A stretch of 64,000 nucleotides of DNA from Bacteroidota bacterium (GCA_039199635.1 JBCCSU010000001.1:72-64071); one strand, 5' to 3'. Shown: positions 7,037 to 17,419, counted from the first letter of the stretch. The notes: generated by a model from the letters alone, not told the origin. Numbers and translations: made by a program.

Positions 7037-9940
7037 ATGAAACAGGTCTTTACGATCTTTCATTTTCTAAAAGAACTACGGGCTGATCGCCCCTTCAGGG
7101 GTTGGGAGTCGGGTGGGAAACACTTCAAAACCATAATTAGTCACCCCTTTAGCTTTCAGGTGTTGCGCTGCAAATACTTTTCTACAATAATTAGGCACCC
7201 CTTTAGGGGCCGGTGGTTGCTAGGAACATATACCCGAACCCTTATTTACCTAGTTGTACTTCTTTTCCCAGCGCTATCCCACGCCCAGGACATCAAATTC
7301 ACAGGCCGACTATTAGACAAAGAAACCAAAGAACCTGTGGTGGGCGCTAACGTATTGCTGATCAACGTGAAAGACTCCTCGGCTTCCCGGTTTGCCGCCA
7401 GCAATGCCCAGGGAAACTTTGTGATCTCGAACGCGACCCGGGCTTTTTATCGCTTGCGTATCCAGACCATCACGCACAAACCGTACACGCAGATCCTGCG
7501 ACTGACACAGGATGTGAGTATAGGCGTTATCGCGCTGGAACCGGACATCAAAGTGCTGGATGAAATACAGGTGGAAGGTGAGGTAATTCCTGTCGAACAG
7601 CGGGGGGACACTACTGTTTACAATGCAGATGCCTTTGCCACCAACCCGGATGCCTCGGCTGCCGATCTGGTAGGCAAAATGCCGGGTATTACCGTGACCG
7701 ATACGGGAGTGGAAGCCGATGGTGAATCCGTACAGCAAGTACTGCTGGACGGCAAGCGATTCTTTGGCCAGGATCCCTTATTGGCGCTAAACACCATTCC
7801 TGCCGAGGTGGTCAATGAAGTGGAGGTCTTTGATCAGATGAGTGAGCGATCACAATTCACGGGTTTTGATGACGGCAACACCACCAAAACGATGAACCTG
7901 GTAACCCGTGAAGACAAGCGCTCTGGACAGTTCGGTAAATTTTACGCAGGTATAGGCACGGATGATCGCTATTTGCTCGAGGGCAACGTTACCGAGATCA
8001 AGAAAAACCGGCAGCTCAGCATTCTGGGGATGTCGAATAACATCAACAAAAAGAATTTTTCAGACAGTGACATAACGGGTGTGCGTTCCGGAAGACGTGG
8101 AGGCCGGAGGGCGTTAGGTGGCGGAGGCGTACAGGTGCCCGTGGGAATTACCCAGACCGAAAGCATAGGCCTGAACTACTCCAATGAAAAGCAAGGGAAA
8201 TGGCGTGTGGAGTCCAGCTACTTCTTTGATCGTGCCGAGCTGGACAACGAGAGCGAAAGTGGAAGGGAAACGTTTTTAAGTCAGGGCAGCCAGCTTTACC
8301 TGGAGGACAAGGTTTCCAATTCTATCAATAAAAACCATCGCGCCAATATGCGCTTGGAATATACCTTCGATGAAAAAAATTCAATGGTGTTCACCCCTTC
8401 TGCGGTCATTCAAAATAACGAATCGTTTGACTTTACGGACGGGCAAACCTTTCTGGGTGATCAATTGATCAATCAAACCCAAAACAATTTTTCGGGAGAT
8501 AACGAAGGATTTAGGCTCAATGGCGACCTGCTGTTCAGACACAAATTTGAAAAGCGCGGTAGGTCACTACTGTTCAATATCGGCTCCACCATAAACAGTT
8601 CAGATCGGGAAAGCACCTTTGACGACCTACAGTCGGACTCGTCCTTCGTGTATTTATCCGATCAGGGTGAGCGTGCTTACCGCACAGAACTCACCTACAT
8701 CGAGCCTGTAGGCACAAGCTCACAACTGCAATTCAGCTATCAGATCGAGCGCAGTAACCGAGACTCAGACGTATTGACCCGCGAATCGACAGGCGTAGGC
8801 GATGCCTTTGAACAACGTGATGACCTTTCCAATGAATTCAGCAGTATATTTACGGCCCATCGCCCCTCCGTGAGCTTAAGTAAGCGATCTTTTGGGCAGT
8901 TTTATTCGGCAGAGCTAGCCGTGCAATATGCCACACTCGATAACGAGCAGGTATTCCCTTTTACACTAAACAATTCTAATTCATTCATCAAAGTGTTACC
9001 CTCACTGTCCGGGCGGTTTCAACTCGGAGACAATGGCAATCTGTTTTTAAGATACAACACCCAGGTAGGCACACCCAACGTAACGCAACTCCAGGAAGTA
9101 GTAGACAATAGCAACCCGCTTTTCTACTCCATTGGCAATGCGGATCTGGAACAGAGCTACAGTCATCAACTCATTGCCCGGTTCAGAAGGTCGAACGTAG
9201 ATAAAAACACTTCCATTTCGAATTTTACGCTGGTTCGCACTACTTCCGATTTCATTACGAATGCCACGTTTACCGCCCAATCGGATTCCACCATCATAGG
9301 AGATATTGTACTGCTTCGAGGTACACAGATCTCGCAACCGTTAAACATTGACGGGTATTGGAACATCCGCAACAGCACTACCTACAGTTTTGTGTTAAGT
9401 CCTTTGAAACTGAATGTCAGCACTACGTTAGGACTTGGCTTTACCAGAAACCCTGGGGTAGTCAACGGCCTAGAAAACATCTCCGAAACGGTAAACGGTA
9501 GCGCCAGAATTAACCTGGCCAGCAACATCAGCAAGAACGTAGACTTCAACCTCTCGTACAGCAATAACCTGAACTGGGTAGACAATACCGTGGTGGAGAA
9601 TAACGACAACCGCTATGCGATACAAACCATAGCCGGGAAGGTCAACTTCATATTCCCCAAAGGATTTGTTTTAAGAAGTGACCTCAACTATCAGATCTAC
9701 CGCGGCATCTCCGATGATTTTGACACGGATTACGCCTTATGGAATGTAAGTGTCGCTAAGAAATTCCTGAAGAATGATCGCGGAGAACTAACCTTCCGGG
9801 TATTTGACCTGCTCAAACAGAACCAAAGCATCACCCAGCAAGTCACCCCCGCCTATCTGGAAGAAACCCGCTCATTAGTCTTGGAACAATACTGGATGTT
9901 CTCTTTCACCTATCAGTTAAGGAGGTTTAAGGCTAGCTGA
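7037..9940 (+). CDS. Outer-membrane beta-barrel protein (CarboxypepD_reg-like N-domain + TonB-receptor-like barrel)
   Basis: GRLLDKETKEPVVGANV, GDTTVYNADAF, DLVGKMPGI, LDGKRFFG, IGNADLEQSYSH, C-terminal YWMFSFTYQL. Confidence 0.85.
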   Translation: MKQVFTIFHFLKELRADRPFRGWESGGKHFKTIISHPFSFQVLRCKYFSTIIRHPFRGRWLLGTYTRTLIYLVVLLFPALSHAQDIKFTGRLLDKETKEPVVGANVLLINVKDSSASRFAASNAQGNFVISNATRAFYRLRIQTITHKPYTQILRLTQDVSIGVIALEPDIKVLDEIQVEGEVIPVEQRGDTTVYNADAFATNPDASAADLVGKMPGITVTDTGVEADGESVQQVLLDGKRFFGQDPLLALNTIPAEVVNEVEVFDQMSERSQFTGFDDGNTTKTMNLVTREDKRSGQFGKFYAGIGTDDRYLLEGNVTEIKKNRQLSILGMSNNINKKNFSDSDITGVRSGRRGGRRALGGGGVQVPVGITQTESIGLNYSNEKQGKWRVESSYFFDRAELDNESESGRETFLSQGSQLYLEDKVSNSINKNHRANMRLEYTFDEKNSMVFTPSAVIQNNESFDFTDGQTFLGDQLINQTQNNFSGDNEGFRLNGDLLFRHKFEKRGRSLLFNIGSTINSSDRESTFDDLQSDSSFVYLSDQGERAYRTELTYIEPVGTSSQLQFSYQIERSNRDSDVLTRESTGVGDAFEQRDDLSNEFSSIFTAHRPSVSLSKRSFGQFYSAELAVQYATLDNEQVFPFTLNNSNSFIKVLPSLSGRFQLGDNGNLFLRYNTQVGTPNVTQLQEVVDNSNPLFYSIGNADLEQSYSHQLIARFRRSNVDKNTSISNFTLVRTTSDFITNATFTAQSDSTIIGDIVLLRGTQISQPLNIDGYWNIRNSTTYSFVLSPLKLNVSTTLGLGFTRNPGVVNGLENISETVNGSARINLASNISKNVDFNLSYSNNLNWVDNTVVENNDNRYAIQTIAGKVNFIFPKGFVLRSDLNYQIYRGISDDFDTDYALWNVSVAKKFLKNDRGELTFRVFDLLKQNQSITQQVTPAYLEETRSLVLEQYWMFSFTYQLRRFKAS
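7063..7224 (+). repeat. Three degenerate 54-bp tandem units with a CCCCTTYAGGGG palindromic core, in frame within the barrel leader
   Basis: CCCC cores at 7090, 7144 and 7198 (period 54); peptide R/HPF recurs every 18 aa. Confidence 0.7.
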
Positions 9941-9945
9941 CCATC

Positions 9946-9996
9946 ATTCCGGAATTTTTCTCCCAAAATTTTAAAAGGAAGAAAAATATCCGGAAT
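9946..9996 (+). terminator. Hairpin after the barrel gene
   Basis: ATTCCGGAATTTTTCTCC...GGAAGAAAAATATCCGGAAT. Confidence 0.4.
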
Positions 9997-10017
9997 CTCA
10001 ATTAGCACAATTAAAAC

Positions 10018-10324
10018 AACAGTCGTCAGACCACTTCACCTGGACAAAAGATCCAAATCGCTTTTTAATCATTCCGTATCTCGATGGTTATCTGCGTTGA
10101 GACAAGTAAACGTCTCTTTTCTTAGTGGCAAGGATATCTCCGCTATGACTTGAGTAATTAAATGCATATGCTTCAAATTGGAGTGATCAACTGGAAGGTT
10201 GGACTAAGTAGAATGTTCAGACGACTTTTCGGGGTTTGAAATTCACCAGATATTGAATTAAACTAAATTTTCCCCAGAACAGCCGTTAGGCCACTTCATT
10301 TGGAAAAGTGAAGCAGACCGCTTT
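10018..10324. repeat. Degenerate 47-bp direct repeat pair (10018-10064 and 10278-10324)
   Basis: 35/47 ungapped identity by hand count, offset 260 bp. Confidence 0.6.
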
Positions 10325-10373
10325 GAGGCTTTAGCTCATTTTCATTGTAAGAGAACAATAAATGTCTACCAAC

Positions 10374-10402
10374 AAAAAAGACTGCCCATGAGACAGTCTC
10401 TT
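10374..10402 (-). terminator. Intrinsic terminator of the OmpA-TPR gene
   Basis: AGACTG-CCCATGAGA-CAGTCT stem with an A-run on + (U-run on -). Confidence 0.55.
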
Positions 10403-10465
10403 GATGATTAAAATATTTTTAGATGAAGAGAGGACATGATGTGCCTCTCCTCTATCAAGACATTA

Positions 10466-12415
10466 TCATTTGTCAGAAGTTTCTATAGCTGTTGATTCCG
10501 TGAAATCATCGTCAGACGCTCGCTTAAAGGCTTTATCATCCCAATAATTGCGGAATTCCAAATCTTCTTCGGCAATATCACTTAAACGGGAATCTCTGTT
10601 CATGGCATGCTCAAGTTCTTTGATCATTACATTCTCATTACCTATTCTGGCAGCCGCTACCGCCGTTAGGTAGTGACCTAATGCATACTCTGCATTGTTT
10701 CTGGAAAAGGTCTTTAGATCTTCTAATGCCCCAGCGTTATCACCGGTCATGAGTTTAGCCAAACCTCGGTTGTATTCTATATTTTCAACATTTTGTACCT
10801 TATTAAAATGATAGCTAGCCTGATCATAATTACCCATTCTGGCATAGTAAACACCTAAATTGTAGTTTACTCCCTCACTATCTTGATAGTTGGCCGATTT
10901 GTCTAAATATTCTTTAGCTTTCTCATATTCACCGATGGTCAAATAATGAGCACCCAGATTGTTTAAGGTGACAAAATTTTCCGGATCTTCATGATAAGCT
11001 TTGGTCAGTAAAATTTCTGATTGGTTAAGATCTTCTTTGATCTTGGTTTTGATCTTCAACCTATTTTCTACATCCTCCTCCTTGTATTTATACTTATACT
11101 TCAACTTATCCTTATCAAGATCAAACTCACTATCAATGTCGACTAAGTCTCGGTTGAATCCTACGCCCACCAAAGCATCATCTCCACCTACTACATCGAA
11201 TTCATTCATATTTACCGTGGTGAGTGCACCTAGGTTACTATATGCATGAACATCAGCAGGGTATGTCTCATAAAAGCTATTGAGCACCGTAAGTTTACCT
11301 GCAGCAGCGTTAGTTCTTTGAGAAGCGGTCAACATCTCTTCCTGCGTATAAACCTCGTTCATACCCGATAACGTTAAACTACCTTCGTTAAATAGTGTGT
11401 AGATAGAATCAATTTGGGCCGATGAATATCCAGCACGGTATGCATAGTTATCAGCAACTACGATCGTAGTTCTTCGTAGCGGCATCAGGTATTTTTCAGC
11501 TTTTTCTATACCACCTAATTCAGCTATGATCTCATCTTCTTTTTCTTTTGCGTTCTTATCCGAATACAGAATAGTGTTGAGCTTTTCTTTCTTGTTTTCG
11601 CTTAACTCTGACTGGGAGAGCAGGTATTCAAAACCTTTCCAATCTTCCTGAATACTTTCAAGTTGTATCTTACTAGCGTTAAAATAACGACCAAATCCCT
11701 TTTCATTCAATTGGTTGACTACCCAATCTTTTACTTCTTCTGCTCTCTTTCGTGCTAGCTCTTTATTTCTCTCCGTAGTGCCTTCAGGCGAGGCAAAAGC
11801 CCTAATGGTCATATCGGCGGTAGGATAGGTTTTAAGATAATTTTCTATTTCTAAGATAGCTTCACTACTAGCCGCAGATGAAAATTTCGCTACATCCTGA
11901 GGGAAATTAATTTGTGCCGCCACTTTTAATGGAACCTCCATAGCGGGTGTATAACTGAAATTCATGAGTTCATACTGTCCGTTCAGTGCAAAGAGAGTAC
12001 CTGTAGTAATACAGCACTCCGCAAGATCATCCATATCTTTAAATTCCACATTTTTAGCTCCGTTCTTATATTCATATTCATGCTCGATCTCAAGGTCGTT
12101 ACCAATCATATCTTCATTAAAAGGTGCGCTACTTTCGATATCTACCATGATTCCCCGCTGGGCAGGGTCATCAAACATGGCTGAAGAAATACGAATAGGT
12201 TCAAACTTATATTCGCCTAACTCCGGCATGATCACATAAGTACCTTCCTTTTTAAACACCTTGTGCTTGGGTACTGTAATGGAAGCTTTGAACTTTATGC
12301 TATCTCCATAAACTTTTAAAGGAGTACTATCCAGCTGAGCTTCGGGATTTTGCGCCCATCCGGTGAGACTTAGGCATAATCCACCGCAAAGCATTGATAA
12401 AATTTTTCGTGTCAT
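10466..12415 (-). CDS. Secreted OmpA-like domain + TPR protein
   Basis: Signal peptide; IRAFASPEGTTERNKELARKRAEEV (OmpA-like); C-terminal TPRs (LNNLGAHY, NYNLGVYY, YNRGLAK). Confidence 0.8.
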   Translation of the reverse strand: MTRKILSMLCGGLCLSLTGWAQNPEAQLDSTPLKVYGDSIKFKASITVPKHKVFKKEGTYVIMPELGEYKFEPIRISSAMFDDPAQRGIMVDIESSAPFNEDMIGNDLEIEHEYEYKNGAKNVEFKDMDDLAECCITTGTLFALNGQYELMNFSYTPAMEVPLKVAAQINFPQDVAKFSSAASSEAILEIENYLKTYPTADMTIRAFASPEGTTERNKELARKRAEEVKDWVVNQLNEKGFGRYFNASKIQLESIQEDWKGFEYLLSQSELSENKKEKLNTILYSDKNAKEKEDEIIAELGGIEKAEKYLMPLRRTTIVVADNYAYRAGYSSAQIDSIYTLFNEGSLTLSGMNEVYTQEEMLTASQRTNAAAGKLTVLNSFYETYPADVHAYSNLGALTTVNMNEFDVVGGDDALVGVGFNRDLVDIDSEFDLDKDKLKYKYKYKEEDVENRLKIKTKIKEDLNQSEILLTKAYHEDPENFVTLNNLGAHYLTIGEYEKAKEYLDKSANYQDSEGVNYNLGVYYARMGNYDQASYHFNKVQNVENIEYNRGLAKLMTGDNAGALEDLKTFSRNNAEYALGHYLTAVAAARIGNENVMIKELEHAMNRDSRLSDIAEEDLEFRNYWDDKAFKRASDDDFTESTAIETSDK

Positions 12416-12455
12416 AACTATTTCTTTTTATTAAAATCTCGTCTTCCATCAGATA

Positions 12456-12470
12456 GCAACATTTGTTCCT
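12456..12470 (-). promoter_or_regulatory. Sigma54-type -24/-12 promoter
   Basis: AGGAACAAATGTTGC on the minus strand (GG-N10-GC), 40 nt before the ATG. Confidence 0.6.
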
Positions 12471-12925
12471 TTAAGTACGGATAGTTTTAAAGGGGGACGA
12501 GGGTTTAAAGAATGTGAAATTAATGGGGTACTAACCTTTAGGCTTAGTAGAGCGTACGGTTTAAGGCATACCACTTTGAGTGAATTATTTTAACGTAAAA
12601 AATTGATTATCAATTACTTATAATCAATGAAAGAGTATCAAAATACTTTCCATAGAGCGCTTTTTAATCTCAAACCCATGGTATGGAGAATTAGGATTAT
12701 TGATCATTCGAAATACGGGGCAGCGTTGCTATTTTCTGAGTTGCCTCTTACGCTCCTCATTTTGTGGAACTAAGTCCTCATATTTTTACGCTATTGGTAG
12801 ACAGATAGGTCATTATCGATTAACTTTAATTTGAAGATTACAATATTAGCATGATAATATGCTTCTAAAATATTAGTTTGCTTATATTCGCAGCATTGAC
12901 ATTAAGGAAAGAATTATTGTGTTAG

Positions 12926-15900
12926 ATGAATGTAGTCAAGAATGTAGTAGCCATAGGTGCTTCGGCTGGGGGTTTGGAGCCTATCCAGTTAATATTAAAG
13001 CAGCTTCCTGATCGATTAGCGAATACCGCCATCATAGTGGCGCAACATACCAGCCCAAATTACGAGAGTATGCTGGTAAACCTTCTTAAAAAGACCACCA
13101 AACTCAACGTTAGAGAAGCCGAAGATGGTTTGGTGATAGAACCTAATACCATTTATACCTGCCCTTCAGATACAGATGTCCAACTAGTAGCTACCAGGTT
13201 CACCTTCTCTAAGCCAAGTATCATAGGTCCTAAACCTAGCGTTGATAAGTTGTTCAACTCATTGGCCAAAGCTTATGGCGACCGCTCCATCGGGATCATA
13301 GTTTCGGGCACCGGACACGATGGTACCCAAGGGGTTTCAGAGATGAAGAAAGTAGGTGGTTTTACCATAGCGCAAGACCCGGAAACCGCGGCTTACACCG
13401 GAATGCCGGATTCTGCCGTACTTACAGACCTAATTGATCTTATCCTGACCCCTGAGCAGATTGGTAAGGAGATTCCTAAACTTCTTGACGTAGATTATAA
13501 AAATCGGATTTTGAGTGAAAATGAGCTTTCATCCGGTTCTAAAGAAGAAACAGAATCGGTTAAGCGCATTTTACAGCTTTTAAATCAGAAAACGGGGGCT
13601 GATTTCAGTGGGTATAAAACATCCACCATCCACAGAAGGCTGGAAAAACGGCTCAGTGATCAGAAGTATACCTCACTGGAGGATTACGTGCAGGAGGTCC
13701 AGGAAAATCCGGATGAATTAGAGCAATTGTTTTTGTATCTACTCATTGGCGTTACTCAGTTTTTCAGGAATCCCGATTCCATTGAGGTTTTGAAAGATAC
13801 GATCAAGCATAGTTTGATAGACCACCCCAGTGATTTAAACTTTAGAGTTTGGGTACCCGGCTGCGCTACGGGTGAGGAGGCCTACACTATTGCTATGATT
13901 ATCCACGATTTGATAGAGCAGGGCTCTCCAGAACCTATTCAAGTACAGATATTTGCTACAGATATTGATCAAACTCCGCTGAACCAGGCGAGAAGCGGGC
14001 GCTATTCTGCCTCAAGTCTTAAAAACCTTCCCGAAAAGTATCAAAAAAGATATTTCACCCAAGTAGATAATGATTTCATTATCACCCAGGAAATTAAGAA
14101 GTACATCTTATTTTCTAAACACGACCTTACTTCCAACCCACCGTTTTTACGGCTTAATCTGGTAAGCTGTAGAAATTTATTGATCTACTTTAAAACACCC
14201 CTGCAAAATCAGATCATACCGCTATTTCATTATACGCTGGAGCCAAATGGTATTCTGTTCTTGGGAAAATCTGAAACCATCGGACGTTTTAAAACACTTT
14301 TTGAAACCATAGATGTAAAGCACAAAATATACAGAAGGCGACAAACGGAGGCATCCATTTCTCATATTCCGCTACTTCAGCCAATAGCGCGCCCTAAAAA
14401 AGCGCGAACGGATAAGAATGTCCTGAACGAGGTACTCACCATATCTGATATGGTGAAGGAGACGTTCTACAATGGGTACGAACATCCTTATATCGTAGTA
14501 GATGATGGCCTTAATGTGATGGAGATCAATAAAGATGTTAGTTTTTATCTCACACTCCCCCAGGGTGCACCTAACCTGAATGCGCTTAAACTAATTAACA
14601 AGGATTTTAGGCTAGACCTCCGCACACTGGTAGGAATGGCCCACAATTCGTTAACCCAGGTGACGGGTAACTATAGGAAGTTAATCAAGGGAAACGAAAC
14701 CCGCTACGCCCGTCTTAAAGTACAGCCTACGCTTTATTCAAAGCCTAAGTCACCCTATTTTATCGTTTCTTTTGAAACTACGGATGGAAACGAGTACGCT
14801 CCTATTCACCTCATTGAAAACCAGGAAGAGGCAGAGTTAAACCCGGTAATAGCAGAACTGGAACATGAGCTGGCAGCCACAAAAGAGCACCTGAATACAC
14901 TGGTAGAAGAGTTAGAAACTTCTAACGAGGAGCTACAGTCGTTAAACGAGGAGCTGCAATCTTCCAATGAAGAGCTGCAAGCCTCTAACGAAGAATTGGA
15001 GACCTCTAACGAAGAACTTCAGGCTACGAATGAGGAGTTGAATATTGCTTATAACGAGCTGAGAACAGCTACAAACAAGATCGAGGAACAGAGCCACGTT
15101 CTTTACAAATCACAAAGTAACCTGAAAAGCGTGCTGGATAATACCCAGCAGGCGTTCATACTTATAAGTAAGGATTACCAGGTTCTGCTTTTTAATAATT
15201 ATGCATTTACCCTTTACAAGCAACTTTTCAACGTACGCCTGACGGAAGGAGTGGTTTATATAGATATCTTACCGAGCGAATACTTGTCTAAATTCCATAA
15301 TAAGTTTAAAGAGGCTCTAAAGGGCAGGCAAACGGAGTTCGAAGAGGAGATTGAAGACAACAATGGCCAGCGCAGGTATCTTTCCTTTAACTATACCCCC
15401 GTAGGAGGAGAAGATAATAGGTCTATAGAAAACGTATCCTTAAGCTTCATAGATATTACCGAAAAGAAAAACTATCAGCTTGCGCTGGAAGAGGCTTATG
15501 AGCACGCGGATGAGGAAAGTCGACTTTGGAAAAAGGCAATTCAATATTCTCCGGAATTGATCGCTATATTTTCCGGGCCTGAATATATTATTTCATTTGC
15601 CAATGAGAGTTATAAAAAACTATTTCCCAAGCGGAAAATTGTAGGTAAAAAGCTAAGAGATGCGCTACCTGAGGTTGAGGAGCAGGGTTTCGTTAAAATG
15701 ATGAGGGAAGTGCGTACCACCGGAAAAGATATTACGAAGAAGGAAGTAGCGGTACCTATTGATTATCAAGGAAATGGAAACGTAGAGACAAGGTACTTCA
15801 ATTTTACTTATAGCCAACTACGGGAAAAGGGCGAAAAAGGGGTAGTAGTTCATGCTGTGGATGTTACTAATCCGGTTAAAAAGCGCAATAAAATTGAAGA

Positions 15901-16948
15901 AGAACATCAGTTTATGCGCGCAATATCGGAAACCCTTCCCGAACACGTGTGGGTGCTCACTCCGAATGGCGAGATAGAGTTTATCAACGAATCGGCACTG
16001 AATTATTTTGGCTTGAAACGCTTACGTTCGCTTAAATCTATCGAAAAACGTGTACATCCGGAGGATAGAGAAAAGTTCAGTTCAAAGGTGTCAAAAGCAC
16101 TCACCGATCTAAAGAAAATAGGCTTGGAGTATCGTATTCAATCCGATTCGGGTGAATACTGCTGGCACATGCTTCACGCCAGGCCTATGTTGGATAGTGA
16201 GGGTAATTTGACTAAAGTGATAGTATCCTCAACAGATATTAACGAGCAGAAAGTAGTTCAGAAAAACAAGGATGACTTTATGGGCGTGGCCAGTCATGAG
16301 TTGAAAACTCCCTTGACCAGCGTAAAAGCCTACACACAGCTGCTACAAGATCATTTGGAGAATTCAGACGATGATTTAGCTAAAAGCTATCTTGAACGCT
16401 CCAATAGTAGTGTTATTAAATTAGAGAAGTTTGTATCTGATATATTGGACATTTCTCGCATACAACGAGGTAAACTCACGCTAGAAAAATCTGAATTCTC
16501 ATTGAACAAGCTAGTTCAGGAGGTGGTAGATAATTTACAATTTACCGCTACGGACCATAAATTAATAACAGAGCTAGGTTCAAAGGAAATTATGATCCAC
16601 GCGGATCGCTCCCGGATCGAGCAGGTTTTAGTTAACCTGATCAATAACGCCATCAAATATTCTCCTAAAGCAGATGAGGTGCTGATCAGTATAAAACGAA
16701 AAATTGATGATGTGGAATTAACAGTGCAGGACTTTGGGGTAGGTATATCCTCTTCAGATATCAATAATATATTTGATCGTTTTTACCGGGTGAGTGAACA
16801 CCAAAATAAAATATCCGGTTTGGGGATAGGGCTTAATGTGGCGAAGGAGATTATGCATCTTCACAACGGAGATATCACAGTAGAAAGTAAACTACATGAA
16901 GGCTCTATTTTTTACGTAACCATACCACTGCCAACTAAAGGCAAGTAA
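12926..16948 (+). CDS. CheB/CheR fusion with PAS domains and histidine kinase
   Basis: CheB GASAGG/QH/GTGHDG; CheR WVPGCATGEEAY, FATDID, SCRNLLIYF; SNEELQ coiled coil; PAS/PAC; SHELKTPLT and NLINNAIKYS, DFGVGI. Confidence 0.93.
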   Translation: MNVVKNVVAIGASAGGLEPIQLILKQLPDRLANTAIIVAQHTSPNYESMLVNLLKKTTKLNVREAEDGLVIEPNTIYTCPSDTDVQLVATRFTFSKPSIIGPKPSVDKLFNSLAKAYGDRSIGIIVSGTGHDGTQGVSEMKKVGGFTIAQDPETAAYTGMPDSAVLTDLIDLILTPEQIGKEIPKLLDVDYKNRILSENELSSGSKEETESVKRILQLLNQKTGADFSGYKTSTIHRRLEKRLSDQKYTSLEDYVQEVQENPDELEQLFLYLLIGVTQFFRNPDSIEVLKDTIKHSLIDHPSDLNFRVWVPGCATGEEAYTIAMIIHDLIEQGSPEPIQVQIFATDIDQTPLNQARSGRYSASSLKNLPEKYQKRYFTQVDNDFIITQEIKKYILFSKHDLTSNPPFLRLNLVSCRNLLIYFKTPLQNQIIPLFHYTLEPNGILFLGKSETIGRFKTLFETIDVKHKIYRRRQTEASISHIPLLQPIARPKKARTDKNVLNEVLTISDMVKETFYNGYEHPYIVVDDGLNVMEINKDVSFYLTLPQGAPNLNALKLINKDFRLDLRTLVGMAHNSLTQVTGNYRKLIKGNETRYARLKVQPTLYSKPKSPYFIVSFETTDGNEYAPIHLIENQEEAELNPVIAELEHELAATKEHLNTLVEELETSNEELQSLNEELQSSNEELQASNEELETSNEELQATNEELNIAYNELRTATNKIEEQSHVLYKSQSNLKSVLDNTQQAFILISKDYQVLLFNNYAFTLYKQLFNVRLTEGVVYIDILPSEYLSKFHNKFKEALKGRQTEFEEEIEDNNGQRRYLSFNYTPVGGEDNRSIENVSLSFIDITEKKNYQLALEEAYEHADEESRLWKKAIQYSPELIAIFSGPEYIISFANESYKKLFPKRKIVGKKLRDALPEVEEQGFVKMMREVRTTGKDITKKEVAVPIDYQGNGNVETRYFNFTYSQLREKGEKGVVVHAVDVTNPVKKRNKIEEEHQFMRAISETLPEHVWVLTPNGEIEFINESALNYFGLKRLRSLKSIEKRVHPEDREKFSSKVSKALTDLKKIGLEYRIQSDSGEYCWHMLHARPMLDSEGNLTKVIVSSTDINEQKVVQKNKDDFMGVASHELKTPLTSVKAYTQLLQDHLENSDDDLAKSYLERSNSSVIKLEKFVSDILDISRIQRGKLTLEKSEFSLNKLVQEVVDNLQFTATDHKLITELGSKEIMIHADRSRIEQVLVNLINNAIKYSPKADEVLISIKRKIDDVELTVQDFGVGISSSDINNIFDRFYRVSEHQNKISGLGIGLNVAKEIMHLHNGDITVESKLHEGSIFYVTIPLPTKGK

Positions 16949-16974
16949 AGATTAAGTTGTTTGAATCATAACTA

Positions 16975-17352
16975 ATGAAAAAAATATTGTTATGTGACGA
17001 TGATGGAGACATTAGCACGCTCATGCAGCTGATCGTTTCCAGCATGGACCTGAAGTTTGCTTCGGTTCAAAAAATTACGGACATCGTTAAGCTGGTAAAT
17101 GAGGAAAAGCCGGACTTGATTTTGATGGACCTGTGGATCCCGGATATCGGTGGTGAGCAGGCGGTAAAAGATATTAAGGCCGATGAGGGCATAAAAAAAA
17201 TACCCGTTTTACTTTTTTCAGCTACGGATAAATTAGATGAGATCTGCGAGCAAATTGGAGCTGATGGTTGCATAAAAAAGCCATTTGACGTTTCCGAATT
17301 TAAAACGATGGTCAATACCTTTCTTAATAGCAGGTCAGTTTCGAGCCATTAG
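16975..17352 (+). CDS. Single-domain response regulator (receiver)
   Basis: ILLCDDD, PDLILMD, KKPF. Confidence 0.9.
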   Translation: MKKILLCDDDGDISTLMQLIVSSMDLKFASVQKITDIVKLVNEEKPDLILMDLWIPDIGGEQAVKDIKADEGIKKIPVLLFSATDKLDEICEQIGADGCIKKPFDVSEFKTMVNTFLNSRSVSSH

Positions 17353-17356
17353 CCCC

Positions 17357-17391
17357 ACAAAAAAACCGCACCCAAAAGTGTGGGCGCGGTT
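17357..17391. terminator. Terminator between convergent genes
   Basis: AACCGCACCCA...TGGGCGCGGTT with an A-run. Confidence 0.6.
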
Positions 17392-17419
17392 CATCAACCT
17401 GAACTCAAACCTAAACTAA

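Noticed and set aside
10214-10292. Functional integron attC site
   Set aside because: No proper RYYYAAC inverse core, no cassette ORF and no integrase in the window; kept only as a low-interest repeat
14905-15045. 21-bp tandem repeats encoding SNEELQ heptads
   Set aside because: Normal coiled coil of CheB/CheR fusions; synonymous divergence shows a protein-level repeat
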